Shown in pieces: positions 49,674 through 61,475 of a stretch of DNA of 64,000 nt. Origin of the DNA: a bacterium. Its GTDB lineage: Bacteria; UBA8248. A program made the translations under genes and the position numbers. Positions within the stretch are counted from its first letter, which is position 1; each line of letters begins with the position of its first letter. The notes beneath the pieces were generated by a model. It was not told where the DNA came from. It searched no databases and saw nothing but the letters and a program-made list of their open reading frames with translations. Location of the stretch: assembly GCA_965219955.1 (NCBI GenBank), contig OZ244799.1:64001-128000 (forward strand), in the 5' to 3' direction.

Positions 49674-50591
49674 TTGCGACATTTCCGCCTCATCATTCTA
49701 GCGTTGTGGCTCGTGAGCCTCATCCCGTGCGCCGACGCCCTCGCCGGACCCGCGAAGCCGGGCGGCCCCTCCGCATCGGCTCCTTTCGTGGTGGTGATCG
49801 ACCCCGGCCACGGGGGGCGGGATGCGGGAAGCCGCGGCGCGCTGCTTCTGGAGAAGGATTTCACGCTGCGCGCGGCGGGCATGCTGGCCGCGCTCCTCGC
49901 AAGACGCTCCGAAGTCAAGGCGATTCTCACGCGCGAGGCCGACACGGAGATGACCGCCGTGCAGCGCGCCTCGGTGGCGAACTACAACGCCGCCGCCTTG
50001 TTCCTCACCCTTCATGCGGACGCCTCCTGGCGGCCCGGCGCGCGCGGGCCGGCCATCATGGTGGCGGCGCCCAGGCGTCCGCCGCGCGTGGCGGGAGAGG
50101 CGGCCCAGGCCGTGGCGTTCCGGTGGCAGCGCAGCCAGAACATCCACCTGGCCTCGAACCGCCGCTTCGCACTGAGCCTCCAGAGGCGCTTCGCCGCCAT
50201 TCGCGCGGGTGAGCGCCCGCCGATCCACATTCTGGCCGTACGCAATCTGGAAGGCGTGCGCATGCCCGCGGCCTACGTGAGCCTGGGCGTCATCAGTACG
50301 CCCGAAGACGAGGCGCGCCTGAGCGAGACGGGAGAAGAAGACCCCTATCTCACGGCGATCGCCAGGGCGGTGCTCAAGTTCGCGGGCCTCACGGAAGACC
50401 TGCCGCCCAAACCGCCTGCGCCGGTCGAGGCCGCGCCGTCTGATGACGCGTCGTCCGAATCGCCGCAGCCGCCCGATTCGTCTGAACAGGCGGGGTCTTC
50501 CGGCACTGCAACTGCGCCGCCTGAATCGCCGCAGCCTGAGGTGAGCGCGCCCGATGCGCAAAACGCCGCACCGGCGGGGGAGGAACGCTAG
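49674..50591 (+). CDS. N-acetylmuramoyl-L-alanine amidase family 3 protein (possibly inactive)
   Basis: Signal peptide, IDPGHGG, EKD, LTRE.D, LHADA; catalytic Glu position reads YVSLG. Confidence 0.82.
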   Translation: MRHFRLIILALWLVSLIPCADALAGPAKPGGPSASAPFVVVIDPGHGGRDAGSRGALLLEKDFTLRAAGMLAALLARRSEVKAILTREADTEMTAVQRASVANYNAAALFLTLHADASWRPGARGPAIMVAAPRRPPRVAGEAAQAVAFRWQRSQNIHLASNRRFALSLQRRFAAIRAGERPPIHILAVRNLEGVRMPAAYVSLGVISTPEDEARLSETGEEDPYLTAIARAVLKFAGLTEDLPPKPPAPVEAAPSDDASSESPQPPDSSEQAGSSGTATAPPESPQPEVSAPDAQNAAPAGEER

Positions 50592-50592
50592 G

Positions 50593-51387
50593 ATGGTCAG
50601 GAAACTCGGGCTGGCCGTCCTGATCGTCGCCGTGAGCGGAGCGCTCGTGTGGAATTTTCAGGAAGCCGTTCTGGACTTCCTGGAGCGGGGCCGCGACGCC
50701 GCGCTCGACCCCGCGCGGCGAGGCGCCGAGCGCGCGCCGAGCGTGAAGAAGACGCTTTATTTCGCGGGCGCGGAAGAGAACCTGCTGGTTCCCTATCCCG
50801 TGGAGGTGGAGATCGGAAAGGACAACGTCGATACCCTGCGCAACCTGCTCGCGGCCCTCATCGCCGGACCCAAGGGGGAGGGATACGCTCCGGTTATCCC
50901 GAAGGGCACGAAGCTGCGCGTGACGTTTCCGGGGCCGGACGGGGTCGCCTACGTCGATTTCGACGAGACTTTGAGAGACGACCACCCGGGCGGCGCCTGG
51001 GCGGAGTTGATGACCGCCTACGGCGTCGCCAGCACCGTGGTCAAGAATTTCCCGGATCTCTTCGATCGCGTCGTGCTGCTCATCGGAGGGCAGGAGGCGC
51101 AGAGCATCGCCGGTTCCCTCGCCATCACGGGTCCGCTCCGGGTGCGCGAGGAGTTGATCTCGGAGAGGGTTTCCTCCCCCACGGCGGGTGGTTCTTCCCC
51201 GGCGGCATCAAATGAGGCGGCGGTGAGCGGCGTGCCCGCGACGGCCACCGGGCAGCCTCCCGCGAGCGCGGTGGGCGTGCCGAAGGAGACCCTCCCGCCG
51301 GTGGGAAGCGCTCCGGTCGATCCGGTGGGCGTGCCGCAGAAAAAGCCGGACGTGGACGCGGTGGGCGCGCCGGATAGGGGGCGTTGA
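50593..51387 (+). CDS. GerMN domain protein
   Basis: N-terminal TM, TLYF, ALIAGP, VAYVDF, E....YGV..TV; Pro-rich tail; usual amidase-GerMN pairing. Confidence 0.85.
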   Translation: MVRKLGLAVLIVAVSGALVWNFQEAVLDFLERGRDAALDPARRGAERAPSVKKTLYFAGAEENLLVPYPVEVEIGKDNVDTLRNLLAALIAGPKGEGYAPVIPKGTKLRVTFPGPDGVAYVDFDETLRDDHPGGAWAELMTAYGVASTVVKNFPDLFDRVVLLIGGQEAQSIAGSLAITGPLRVREELISERVSSPTAGGSSPAASNEAAVSGVPATATGQPPASAVGVPKETLPPVGSAPVDPVGVPQKKPDVDAVGAPDRGR

Positions 51388-52293
51388 GAAAAGCCCAGCA
51401 ATGCCGGGATTGCCGTCATTTCGCGAGTGTAGGGGCCGCATATATGCGGCCCATCGTGCCTTCATATCCGTCGAACCAAACCGCTGAATCAGGACTTTTT
51501 CAACAGCCCCCTCAAGGGGGGTAGGGGGGGTGGTTTTCAAGGCGAGAGCCTGCGCCTCCGCCCGGTTTCGGGTTTTGGCCGTCATTCCGGCGAAAGCCGG
51601 AATCCATTTTTCGCCTTTTGCTTTTTCGTTTCTTCGTTCGGACGTCTTTAGTCCCGGGCGGGGAGGATCGGAATCGAACACAAAAAAGAAAGGCGAATCC
51701 TCTGGATTCCGTATCCGGACGCTGCGCGACAACAAGGTCGTGGCCGCCCCGACCGGTAAAAAGTCAAAATGGATTCCGGCTTTCGCCGGAATGACGGTGA
51801 GCAATCTCGAAGGTCGGCAATCACTCCCCATCAGTTTTTTTCAGTTCAACAGAGAGGGTTCACTCCCCCCTTGAGGGGGAGTCGCAGAAGCCGAGCGGTT
51901 TGTGCGAAGGCTGATGCGGTGGGGGGTAAAATGCGTTTTATCGCCATTCCGGATTATACCCCCCACCGAATCGCTTTCGGGCTTACGCCCTCAGCTCTTC
52001 GACTCCCCCTCAAGGGGGGAGTGAATTGCTCTCTCGTCGGGCGGCAAGAACCCTCAAGGGGGGAGCAACGTAGGGGCCGTTCGCGAACGGCCCTTGCCGG
52101 AGAAACGGGCGCTTCACGAAGCGCCCCTACGGGAGAACATCCCGATTCACGGCCCCGTAGGGACAGGCCTCCGTGCCTGTCCTGATTCGAACCATCCTGC
52201 AAAAGGACAACCACGGAGGGCAGGACAACCCCAAAGGGTTGTCCCTACTACAACCGCAACACCGACCGATGCAGGACTTTTCCAACAGCCCCC
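51377..52293. repeat. Repeat mosaic C
   Basis: MITE ends at 51377, 51492-51510 and 52274-52293; CGTC doublet 51581-51795; CCCCCTTGAGGGGG-type hairpins; several GTAG REPs. Confidence 0.88.
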
Positions 52294-52304
52294 GGCAGCT
52301 CGCG

Positions 52305-53678
52305 TCAGGCGCAGGCCTCCTCTATCGACTCCTCCAGAACGCGCACCATCCGGCTTATCTCTTGGTTCGTCACGCAGTAAGGCGGCATCAGGACGACGAC
52401 GTCGCCCAGGGGCCGCACGGCGAGGCCGCGCCTTCTCGCCGCCAGGATGACCGTGCGCCCTTTGCGCTCCGCGGGCGTGTAGGGTTCCTTTGTCTCTTGA
52501 TCCTTCAAAAGCTCCACGCCCACCATCCAGCCCAGGCCGCGAACCTCGCCGGCGTGGGGCGAGCCTTTCAGGTTTTCGAGTTCGCTCCACAGGTGGGCTA
52601 TCTTCGCCTGGTTTGTCTCGATGGTGCGTTCCCGCTCGAAAATCTCGAGGTTCGCAAGCGCTGCGGCGCAGGCGAGAGGGTTCCCCGTGTAGGAGTGCCC
52701 GTGAAAAAACGTGCGGCCCGTCTCGGGCGGTCCGCGGAATGCGTCGAATATCTCCTCGGTGGCGAGCGTCGCCGCCAGCGGCAGGTAGCCGCCCGTGATG
52801 CCCTTGGCGAGGCAGAGGATGTCGGGCACCACGCCCTCGTGCTCACACGCGAACATGGGGCCGGTGCGCCCGAAGCCGGTGGCGACCTCGTCCGCTATCA
52901 GGAGCACGTCGTGCTCCGTGCACGCCTCGCGGATTTTACGGAGAAAGCCTGTCGGCTGGGTGATCATCCCCGCTGCGCCCTGCACCATGGGTTCCACGAC
53001 CACGGCGGCGAGATGGGGCGTGTTTTCCTCGATTTGGCGCGCGATCTCATCGCCCGAACACACCGAACACGGCGGACGCTCGGCCCCCCTCGGGCACCAG
53101 AAGCAATAGGGCGTCTCCGCGCGCATGGTCTGGAAGAGCAGAGGCCCGAAGATGTGGTGGAACAGGTCGATTCCGCCCAGAGACACCGCGCCGACCGTAT
53201 CGCCGTGATAAGCCAGGTTCAGCGTGAGGAATCTGTCTTTTTCGGGCTTCGGGTCCTTTCTTTGCTTCTGGTACTGAAAGGCCATCTTGAGAGCGATTTC
53301 CACCGCCGTGGCCCCTGAATCCGAATAGAAAACTCTGGCGAGGCCCGCCGGTGCGATTTGCGAGAGCTTTTCGGCAAGCTCGATGGCGGCGGGATTCGCC
53401 ATGCCAAGCTGGGTGGTGTGGGCGATGCGGCCGAGCTGCGCGCGAACCGCGCTGTCGATCTCTTCTTTTCTGTGTCCGTGGATGTTCACCCACAGGGATG
53501 ACACGCCGTCCAGGTAGCGGTTGCCCTCCACGTCGATCAGGTACGCTCCCTCGCCGCGTTCGACGATAAGCGGGGGGTCCTCGCGCTCCCATTCGTCCAT
53601 GGGGGTGAAGGGATGCCAGAGGTGTTTCCTGTCCGCGTCCGCGAGGCGGCGGAGGCGCCCCGCTTCGTCGGCCCTCAT
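52305..53678 (-). CDS. bioA: Adenosylmethionine--8-amino-7-oxononanoate aminotransferase
   Basis: LWHPFT, DGVSSLWVNIHGH, YHGDT, DEVATGFGRTG, AKGITGGYLP, HGHSYTGNPL. Confidence 0.92.
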   Translation of the reverse strand: MRADEAGRLRRLADADRKHLWHPFTPMDEWEREDPPLIVERGEGAYLIDVEGNRYLDGVSSLWVNIHGHRKEEIDSAVRAQLGRIAHTTQLGMANPAAIELAEKLSQIAPAGLARVFYSDSGATAVEIALKMAFQYQKQRKDPKPEKDRFLTLNLAYHGDTVGAVSLGGIDLFHHIFGPLLFQTMRAETPYCFWCPRGAERPPCSVCSGDEIARQIEENTPHLAAVVVEPMVQGAAGMITQPTGFLRKIREACTEHDVLLIADEVATGFGRTGPMFACEHEGVVPDILCLAKGITGGYLPLAATLATEEIFDAFRGPPETGRTFFHGHSYTGNPLACAAALANLEIFERERTIETNQAKIAHLWSELENLKGSPHAGEVRGLGWMVGVELLKDQETKEPYTPAERKGRTVILAARRRGLAVRPLGDVVVLMPPYCVTNQEISRMVRVLEESIEEACA

Positions 53679-54454
53679 GCGGGGCGTTCGGCGAGGATGA
53701 CGGCTTCCTGCTCGTCGAATACGAACTCGCCGTCCTCCTCGCGCGGGTCGAGCCAGTAGGATATCGCGGGCGAGGCGTTTTCGAGATAGGCGCGGAGCGC
53801 CGCCTTGTCATCGTCCGTCAGGTGGGGGCGCCGCACCCAGTTTTCGAACACCATCTTCTTCCGGAGCGTCTCGGAATAAAGGATGCGGAAACCGGCCGCT
53901 TCGAGCATCTCCACGAGGTCGGGCAGGCTGTCGCAGCGGTTGTGGCTCGGGTCGCGCAGGCGCTCGAAATCGTTGTAGCTGTCGAGTTCCTTCGGCTCTT
54001 CGGGCGCGATGTTGTCGATGTAGACGAGCCTGCCGCCCGGTTTGAGGACGCGGAACATCTCGCGCATCGAGGCCCGGACGTCCGGGAAATGATGCGGCGC
54101 GATGCGCACGGAGACCGAATCGAGCGCGCCCGTCTGGACGGCGATGTTCTCGGCGTCGGTCCTCAAGAAAGAGACGTTCCCGATGCCCTTCTCCTCCCCC
54201 AGCCTGCGCGCGGAGTCGAGCATGCCGGCGGTCAAATCGCTCGCGACCACGTGGCGGCATTTATCGGCCATCTGGTAGGCCGTGTGGCCCGCGCCCGTGG
54301 CGATGTCGAGATGCACGCCGCCGCTCGGGTTCAGCACCTCGGCCGAGCGCGCGAGGGAACTGCTCCGCGCGTGCGGCGCGCTGGTGACGTAGTAGTCCGA
54401 ATCCTGGTTGTATATCTTCTGTACGGCCTCTCGCTGCTCCCTGGACGTGTTCAT
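53675..54454 (-). CDS. Class I SAM-dependent methyltransferase
   Basis: LDIATGAGHT, RIAPHHFPD, RVLKPGG, RDPSH. Confidence 0.9.
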   Translation of the reverse strand: MNTSREQREAVQKIYNQDSDYYVTSAPHARSSSLARSAEVLNPSGGVHLDIATGAGHTAYQMADKCRHVVASDLTAGMLDSARRLGEEKGIGNVSFLRTDAENIAVQTGALDSVSVRIAPHHFPDVRASMREMFRVLKPGGRLVYIDNIAPEEPKELDSYNDFERLRDPSHNRCDSLPDLVEMLEAAGFRILYSETLRKKMVFENWVRRPHLTDDDKAALRAYLENASPAISYWLDPREEDGEFVFDEQEAVILAERPA

Positions 54455-54555
54455 GCGGCTCCTCGCTCGAGAACTGGAAAATCGGCTTGCGGGGGGAGTA
54501 TTTCCCGAAAATCACCGTTCAGGCAAGCGCCTGGAGGGTCGAACGCGACTGATGG

Positions 54556-55009
54556 GGGGCTGTTGAAAAAGTCCCTCTTGTCGGGGGACAAAGGCACCTC
54601 CCTACCCCCCCCTTGTCGGGGCTGTTGAAAAAGCCCTGTCCGACCTTCGAGATTGTTCGCCGTAGGGACAGGCCTCCGTGCCTGTCCTGCTCTTCGTGGT
54701 TGTCCTTCGTCAGGACAGGCACGGAGGCCTGTCCCTACAAAACCATCACGTCTGCGCCGCATGAGCCTCCTTGCCGCCGATCCCGAAACAGGCTTTTTCA
54801 ACAGCCCCTTGTCAGGGGTCAAACGCGAGTGATGAACGAGCGTTTGCATGAGCCATTGACGAGAAACACATCGTCTTGCAAAACCTCCCTCTTCGGTCGG
54901 TTTTGACCCCTGACAAGGGGGGTAGGGGGGGTTGGTTTTCATGCAGGTGGGAGGGCAATCAAATCGACCGACGAGGGCTATTTTAACAGCCCCCTCAAGG
55001 GGGGAGTGA
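54556..55009. repeat. Repeat mosaic D (nested MITE and REP elements)
   Basis: Two left TIRs (54556, 54618) and two right TIRs (ending 54808 and 54993) with REP hairpins between them. Confidence 0.88.
54618..54808. mobile_element. 191-bp non-autonomous MITE
   Basis: Perfect 18-bp TIR GGGGCTGTTGAAAAAGCC; TTGTC direct repeat at 54613-54617 and 54809-54813; carries a GTAG REP doublet and no transposase. Confidence 0.8.
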
Positions 55010-55139
55010 AATTCTTCTCTCCACGGTCGGCTTTAATCCGCAAAAGGGAGGCCATTTTCAATGCTCCCGGAAGAGGGGGTATTCTGCGTCCAAGCGGATT
55101 CCTTACGCGGGAGTTTTCCGCATCAGGTTTCGAGGAGTG

Positions 55140-55769
55140 CTAGAGCGGCCTCAAGACCGCGCGGGCGGGCGCGCCGTCTCTTCCGGGGAACAGGGCGGGC
55201 AGGGCGATGAGCTCGTAGTCGCCCTCCGGCGCATTCGCGAGATTCAGGCCCTCGAGCAGCACGACGCCCAGCGGCATCAGCAGCGAATGGACGGGCACGT
55301 TCGGGTCGGGCGCGTCCACGCCGAGATAGTCCACGCCCAGAAGCGTCATCCCGTGGTCGTAGAGAAGCTGCCCGGCTTCTGCCGTCATGTGGCAGTAGTC
55401 GGGACTGTAGGGCTTCGACCACCACCCCTCATCGGAGTTTCGCGTCTTGATGAGAAAGCGCGTGGCGCCGTCGAGATTCTTGGTGGCGAGTTCTTCCGCC
55501 GTGATGCACTCGTGGTTTTCGACGGCGATCACGCGGGCGGGACCCATGAGGGTTTCGAGGTTCAATGTTTCGATGCCGCCCGCGTCGTGGAGATAGTGCA
55601 TGGGCGCGTCGAGATGCGTGCCGGCGTGCACGCCGAAGGTGACTTCGGTGAGGCAGACGTCATCGCCTGCGTCGAAGGATTTGTGAAAGCGCATCGAAAG
55701 CCCCGGATTCCCGGGATAGATGGGCATTTCGCCTTCCACTACGGGAACGGATATGTCGATGATGGCCAT
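55140..55769 (-). CDS. Cyclase family protein (kynurenine formamidase-like)
   Basis: IIDIS, HAGTHLDAPMH, GVDYL, E.L.L, DGAPARA; AGGAG RBS before ATG 55769. Confidence 0.88.
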   Translation of the reverse strand: MAIIDISVPVVEGEMPIYPGNPGLSMRFHKSFDAGDDVCLTEVTFGVHAGTHLDAPMHYLHDAGGIETLNLETLMGPARVIAVENHECITAEELATKNLDGATRFLIKTRNSDEGWWSKPYSPDYCHMTAEAGQLLYDHGMTLLGVDYLGVDAPDPNVPVHSLLMPLGVVLLEGLNLANAPEGDYELIALPALFPGRDGAPARAVLRPL

Positions 55770-55868
55770 GGCTCTCCTCCGGCGGGATGGGTGGGGTAAG
55801 TCGTAGAAGAATACCAAAAACCGCCCGCAGGTGTCCAAACGGGGGTTTTCGGGAGGAGGGCCTCCTCC

Positions 55869-56243
55869 TCAGGTTTTCATCGACTGGGCGGCCCTTTTCG
55901 TCGGGTGGCCGTCGCGCTTCCACCAGTCGAGTCCGCCCATGAGCTCCTTCACCCGGAAGCCGAGCCGCGTCATGTTGAGCGCGCCCTTGGTCGAGGCGTT
56001 GCAGCCGATGCCGTCGCAATAGGTGACGATGAGGGCTTCGGTGTCTATATGCCCGGTGGTCTCGGGGTTCATCTCCCGGTGCGGGATGTTGACGGCGCCC
56101 GGGATGTGTTCATGTTCAAACGCCTCGGGCGATCGCGCATCGATGACGACGACCTTCTCCCCCGCTTCGAGTGCTTCCTTCAGGTCCCACGAATCGGTTT
56201 CATAGGCCAGCTTGTTCGCGTAGTGGTCGAGCTGTTCTTTCAT
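55869..56243 (-). CDS. Rhodanese-like domain protein
   Basis: IDARS, HIPGA, YCDGIGCNAS, GGLDWW. Confidence 0.9.
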   Translation of the reverse strand: MKEQLDHYANKLAYETDSWDLKEALEAGEKVVVIDARSPEAFEHEHIPGAVNIPHREMNPETTGHIDTEALIVTYCDGIGCNASTKGALNMTRLGFRVKELMGGLDWWKRDGHPTKRAAQSMKT

Positions 56244-56294
56244 TGCAGGTCCTTATTCCAAGTGTTCATCATCCTTGAGGGGCAGTCTATTTCC

Positions 56295-57395
56295 CTACTC
56301 GTGCACGACGACGCTGCGGGCCACCTCGCCGTTTAAGAGCGCATCGTACGCCTCGTTGATCTGCTCGATGGGCCACTCCTTGGTGAGCAGGTCGTCGAGG
56401 TTCAGCTTTCCGGCCATGTAGAGGTCGATGAGCCGGGGCACGAAGATGCGCGGGTTGGATGAGCCGTACAGGGAGCCGATGAGGCGCTTTTCCTCCGTCA
56501 CCAGGGAGACGGGGGGTATCGAGACCCTCGATTTCACGTCCGCGATGCCCACGATGACCGCCGTGCCGCCCGTGCGCACGCTCTCGAACGCGGTGGACAT
56601 CACCTCGGGCACGCCGATGAGCTCGAAGGCGTAGTGCGCGCCCTTGCCGTCGGTGAGCGCGCGGATGGCCTCCACCGCGTCCTCATCGGAGGAGTTCACG
56701 GTGTGCGTCGCGCCGAATTTCTTCGCCATATCGAGCTTGTTCTGCATCAGGTCGACCGCGATGATGGGCTCCGCCCCGATGAGGGCCGCCCCCTGCACCG
56801 CGTTCAGCCCCACGCCGCCCGCGCCGAACACGGCCACGCTCTCGCCCGGACGCACCTGCGCGCCGTTCACCACGGCGCCCACGCCCGTGATGACGGCGCA
56901 GCTCACCACCGCCGCTTTTTCGAGCGACATGTCCTCCCGAATCTTGAGCACCGATTTCTCGGACATCACCGAATGGGAGCTGAACGTGGAGACGCCGAGG
57001 AAGTGGTGCACCCTCTCGCCGTTGATGGAAAAGCGCGTCGTGCCGTCCGAAAGCGTGCCGTCGGCGCGCATGCGGATGCCCTCGCCGCAGATGGCGGGCC
57101 GGCCCGCGAGGCAGAGATCGCACGCGCCGCAGCTGTAGCGCCACACGGTGACCACGTGATCACCCGGCTTCACCGACGTCACGCCGGGGCCCACCTCTTC
57201 CACGACGCCCGCGCCCTCATGCCCCATGATGATGGGGGTGGGCACCGGGAACAGGCCCGCGATGGCGTGGTGGTCGCTGTGGCAGACGCCGCCCGCGCGG
57301 TAGTGCACGAGCACCTCGCCTTCTTTGGGCGGTTCCACCTCGATGGGTTCGATGGTCATCGGTTTGCCGACTTCGTGGAAGATGGCTGCTTTCAT
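56295..57395 (-). CDS. Zn-dependent alcohol dehydrogenase (class III-like)
   Basis: GVCHSD, GHEGAG, CGACDLC..C, GAGGVG; start ATG 57395. Confidence 0.93.
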   Translation of the reverse strand: MKAAIFHEVGKPMTIEPIEVEPPKEGEVLVHYRAGGVCHSDHHAIAGLFPVPTPIIMGHEGAGVVEEVGPGVTSVKPGDHVVTVWRYSCGACDLCLAGRPAICGEGIRMRADGTLSDGTTRFSINGERVHHFLGVSTFSSHSVMSEKSVLKIREDMSLEKAAVVSCAVITGVGAVVNGAQVRPGESVAVFGAGGVGLNAVQGAALIGAEPIIAVDLMQNKLDMAKKFGATHTVNSSDEDAVEAIRALTDGKGAHYAFELIGVPEVMSTAFESVRTGGTAVIVGIADVKSRVSIPPVSLVTEEKRLIGSLYGSSNPRIFVPRLIDLYMAGKLNLDDLLTKEWPIEQINEAYDALLNGEVARSVVVHE

Positions 57396-57557
57396 GGGAA
57401 TGCTCCTCGGTGGATGACATCGGCCGGGTTCTGTTTTCCTTGGCCATATTTTGTGGTTTTTCGTATTCATACCCGAAAACGGGCCGAATTGCACACGCCG
57501 GTCCTTTTTTGGCGTTGCAAGTGAGGGAGCATCCGTATATGCTCTTTGGAGATAGTT

Positions 57558-57643
57558 CCTGCTAGGGGTGTATGTGCTGAGAGCCCGGAATCGCGGGCAA
57601 CCCTTGGAACCTGCACTGGGTAATTCCAGCGAAGGGAAGCGGG
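57558..57643 (+). promoter_or_regulatory. TPP riboswitch
   Basis: AGGGGTG..GCTGAGA..ACCC..GAACCTG..CTGGGTAATTCCAGCGAAGGGAAGC consensus upstream of thiSGE. Confidence 0.92.
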
Positions 57644-57664
57644 CCAAAGAATCCGGGTGTTTCT

Positions 57665-57696
57665 GGCCGCTCCCGAATCGCGGGGCGGCTTTTTTG
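57665..57696 (+). terminator. Riboswitch-controlled terminator
   Basis: GCCGCTCC...GGGGCGGC plus a T run between the aptamer and thiS. Confidence 0.75.
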
Positions 57697-57734
57697 ATGG
57701 AATGTTACAGGGTGTCGCCTGAGGAGATGAGTTC

Positions 57735-57935
57735 TTGCGTGTCCGGGTGAACGGAGAGGACAGGGAGCTGGAAGAAGGCGTGAGCGTCGCCGCTCTTCTC
57801 GATTCGATGTCGCTCGAGGTGAACGGCATCGCCGTGGCGCTCAACATGGAGATCGTCCGCCGGGGCGAATACGGGAACACGCATTTATCCGATGGGGATG
57901 AGGTCGAGATCGTCCGCGCCGTGGGCGGGGGCTGA
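57735..57935 (+). CDS. thiS: Sulfur carrier protein ThiS
   Basis: 66 aa, VRVNGE, AVALN, ends AVGGG; GAGGAG RBS, TTG start. Confidence 0.95.
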   Translation: MRVRVNGEDRELEEGVSVAALLDSMSLEVNGIAVALNMEIVRRGEYGNTHLSDGDEVEIVRAVGGG

Positions 57936-57984
57936 TCATGAGTGATAACGGGCGCGGCCATGAGAGCCTGCGCCGGGAGGGGGT

Positions 57985-58761
57985 ATGATGAGCACGTACG
58001 AGATTGGTGGCAGGACGTTCACTTCCCGCCTGTTGGTGGGTTCGGGCAAGTATCCGAGTTTCGCCGTGATGCGCGACTCGCTCGAGGCGAGCGGGACGGA
58101 AATCGTCACTGTCGCGGTACGCCGCGTGGACTTGACGGACGATTCCTCGGAGGGCTTCTGGGCGCATTTCGATAAGGACAAATACACGATGCTGCCCAAC
58201 ACGGCGGGCTGCTACGACGTGAAGAGCGCGGTGACGACGGCGCGGCTCGCGCGCGAGGCCACCGGGTCCGACTTCGTGAAGGTCGAGGTCATCGGAGACG
58301 AGGACACGCTCTTCCCGGACAACGAGGGCCTGCTGGAGGCGTGCCGGATTCTGCTGGATGACGGCTTCATCGTCCTGCCCTACTGCATCGACGATCCGGT
58401 GATCTGCAAGAAGCTCGAGCAGTTGGGCTGCCACGCCGTCATGCCGCTTGCGGCGCCTATCGGCTCGGGCCTGGGGATACGGAATCCCTACAACCTCAGG
58501 ATCATCCTGGAGCAGGTATCGGTTCCCGTCATCGTGGACGCGGGCGTGGGCACGGCTTCGGACGCAGCGGTGGCGATGGAACTCGGCGCCGCCGCCGTCC
58601 TGATGCAGACGGCCATCGCCGGCGCCGACGATCCGGTGAAGATGGCGCGCGCCATGAATCTGGCCGTCGAGTCGGGCAGGCTCGCGTATGAGGCCGGGCG
58701 CATCCCCATGAAGCTCTACGCCACGGCGTCGAGCCCGCTGGCCGGCGTCATCGGCTCCTAA
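57985..58761 (+). CDS. thiG: Thiazole synthase
   Basis: [41 protein letters not shown]. Confidence 0.97.
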   Translation: MMSTYEIGGRTFTSRLLVGSGKYPSFAVMRDSLEASGTEIVTVAVRRVDLTDDSSEGFWAHFDKDKYTMLPNTAGCYDVKSAVTTARLAREATGSDFVKVEVIGDEDTLFPDNEGLLEACRILLDDGFIVLPYCIDDPVICKKLEQLGCHAVMPLAAPIGSGLGIRNPYNLRIILEQVSVPVIVDAGVGTASDAAVAMELGAAAVLMQTAIAGADDPVKMARAMNLAVESGRLAYEAGRIPMKLYATASSPLAGVIGS

Positions 58762-58779
58762 GTCGTAGCCGGAAAGATT

Positions 58780-59406
58780 TTGGGATCAGCCACGCTGGAC
58801 CCGCTCTACCTCATCACGGACAGGAACGCTCCCCCGTCGGGCGATCTCCCGGGCGCGCTGGACGCCGCCCTTGCGGGCGGGGTGCGCTTCGTTCAGTACC
58901 GGGAGAAGGATTTGCCCTATGAGGAGCGCCTGAAGCTCGGTAGAGAAGTCGCCTCCCGCGCGTCTGAACACGGCGCGCGCCTGCTCGTGAACGGCGATCC
59001 GGAACTGGCCGATGCTCTGGGAGCGGACGGCGTACATCTCGGCAAGGGCACGATCTCGGTCTCGGCAGTTCGTGCGGAAGGCTATGCGGGCCTCATCGGC
59101 TATTCCGCTCATTCGGGAGAAGAAGCGGCGCGCGCGTTCTCAGAAGGGGCAGATTTCGTGACGCTCAGCCCCGTATTCCCCACCAAAAGCAAATTCTCAT
59201 CCGGCCCCCTCCTGGGGCTGGACGCTTTCGAGCGCGAACTCAAAATCGCGGGCGGCCCCGTCTACGCCCTGGGGGGCGTAGGGGCGGAGAACGCCCCGGC
59301 GTGTATCGAGAGAGGCGCGCGCGGCGTGGCGCTCATCGGCGCGATTCTGGGAGCGGACGACCCCGCCTGCGCGGCGCGGGAGGTGCGGGTGGCGCTCCGT
59401 TTTTGA
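58780..59406 (+). CDS. thiE: Thiamine-phosphate synthase
   Basis: LYLITD, QYREKD, DGVHLG, SAHS, SPVFPT.SK, ALGG. Confidence 0.9.
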   Translation: MGSATLDPLYLITDRNAPPSGDLPGALDAALAGGVRFVQYREKDLPYEERLKLGREVASRASEHGARLLVNGDPELADALGADGVHLGKGTISVSAVRAEGYAGLIGYSAHSGEEAARAFSEGADFVTLSPVFPTKSKFSSGPLLGLDAFERELKIAGGPVYALGGVGAENAPACIERGARGVALIGAILGADDPACAAREVRVALRF

Positions 59407-59519
59407 TTCGTCCTGTCCCTATCCGCGCAGGGCTACTTGAGAAATCCGCGCGAATATCCAACAATAGCGGAAAATCGCCATCGATATGATTTCACCTGAC
59501 CGAGCCGGGAGGTATTCTC

Positions 59520-61471
<1,952 letters not shown>

Positions 61472-61475
<4 letters not shown>

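Noticed and set aside
51208-52214. ORFs containing VIPAKAGI, WIPAFAGMT or PPLRG (also 54451..54942, 61363..61891, 49097..49658)
   Set aside because: They are translations of palindromic repeats, with no convincing RBS or protein family signal.
49061-52293. Repeat mosaics as a CRISPR array
   Set aside because: Units differ in sequence, alternate in orientation and have irregular spacing, and no cas genes are present; they fit REP/MITE architecture.
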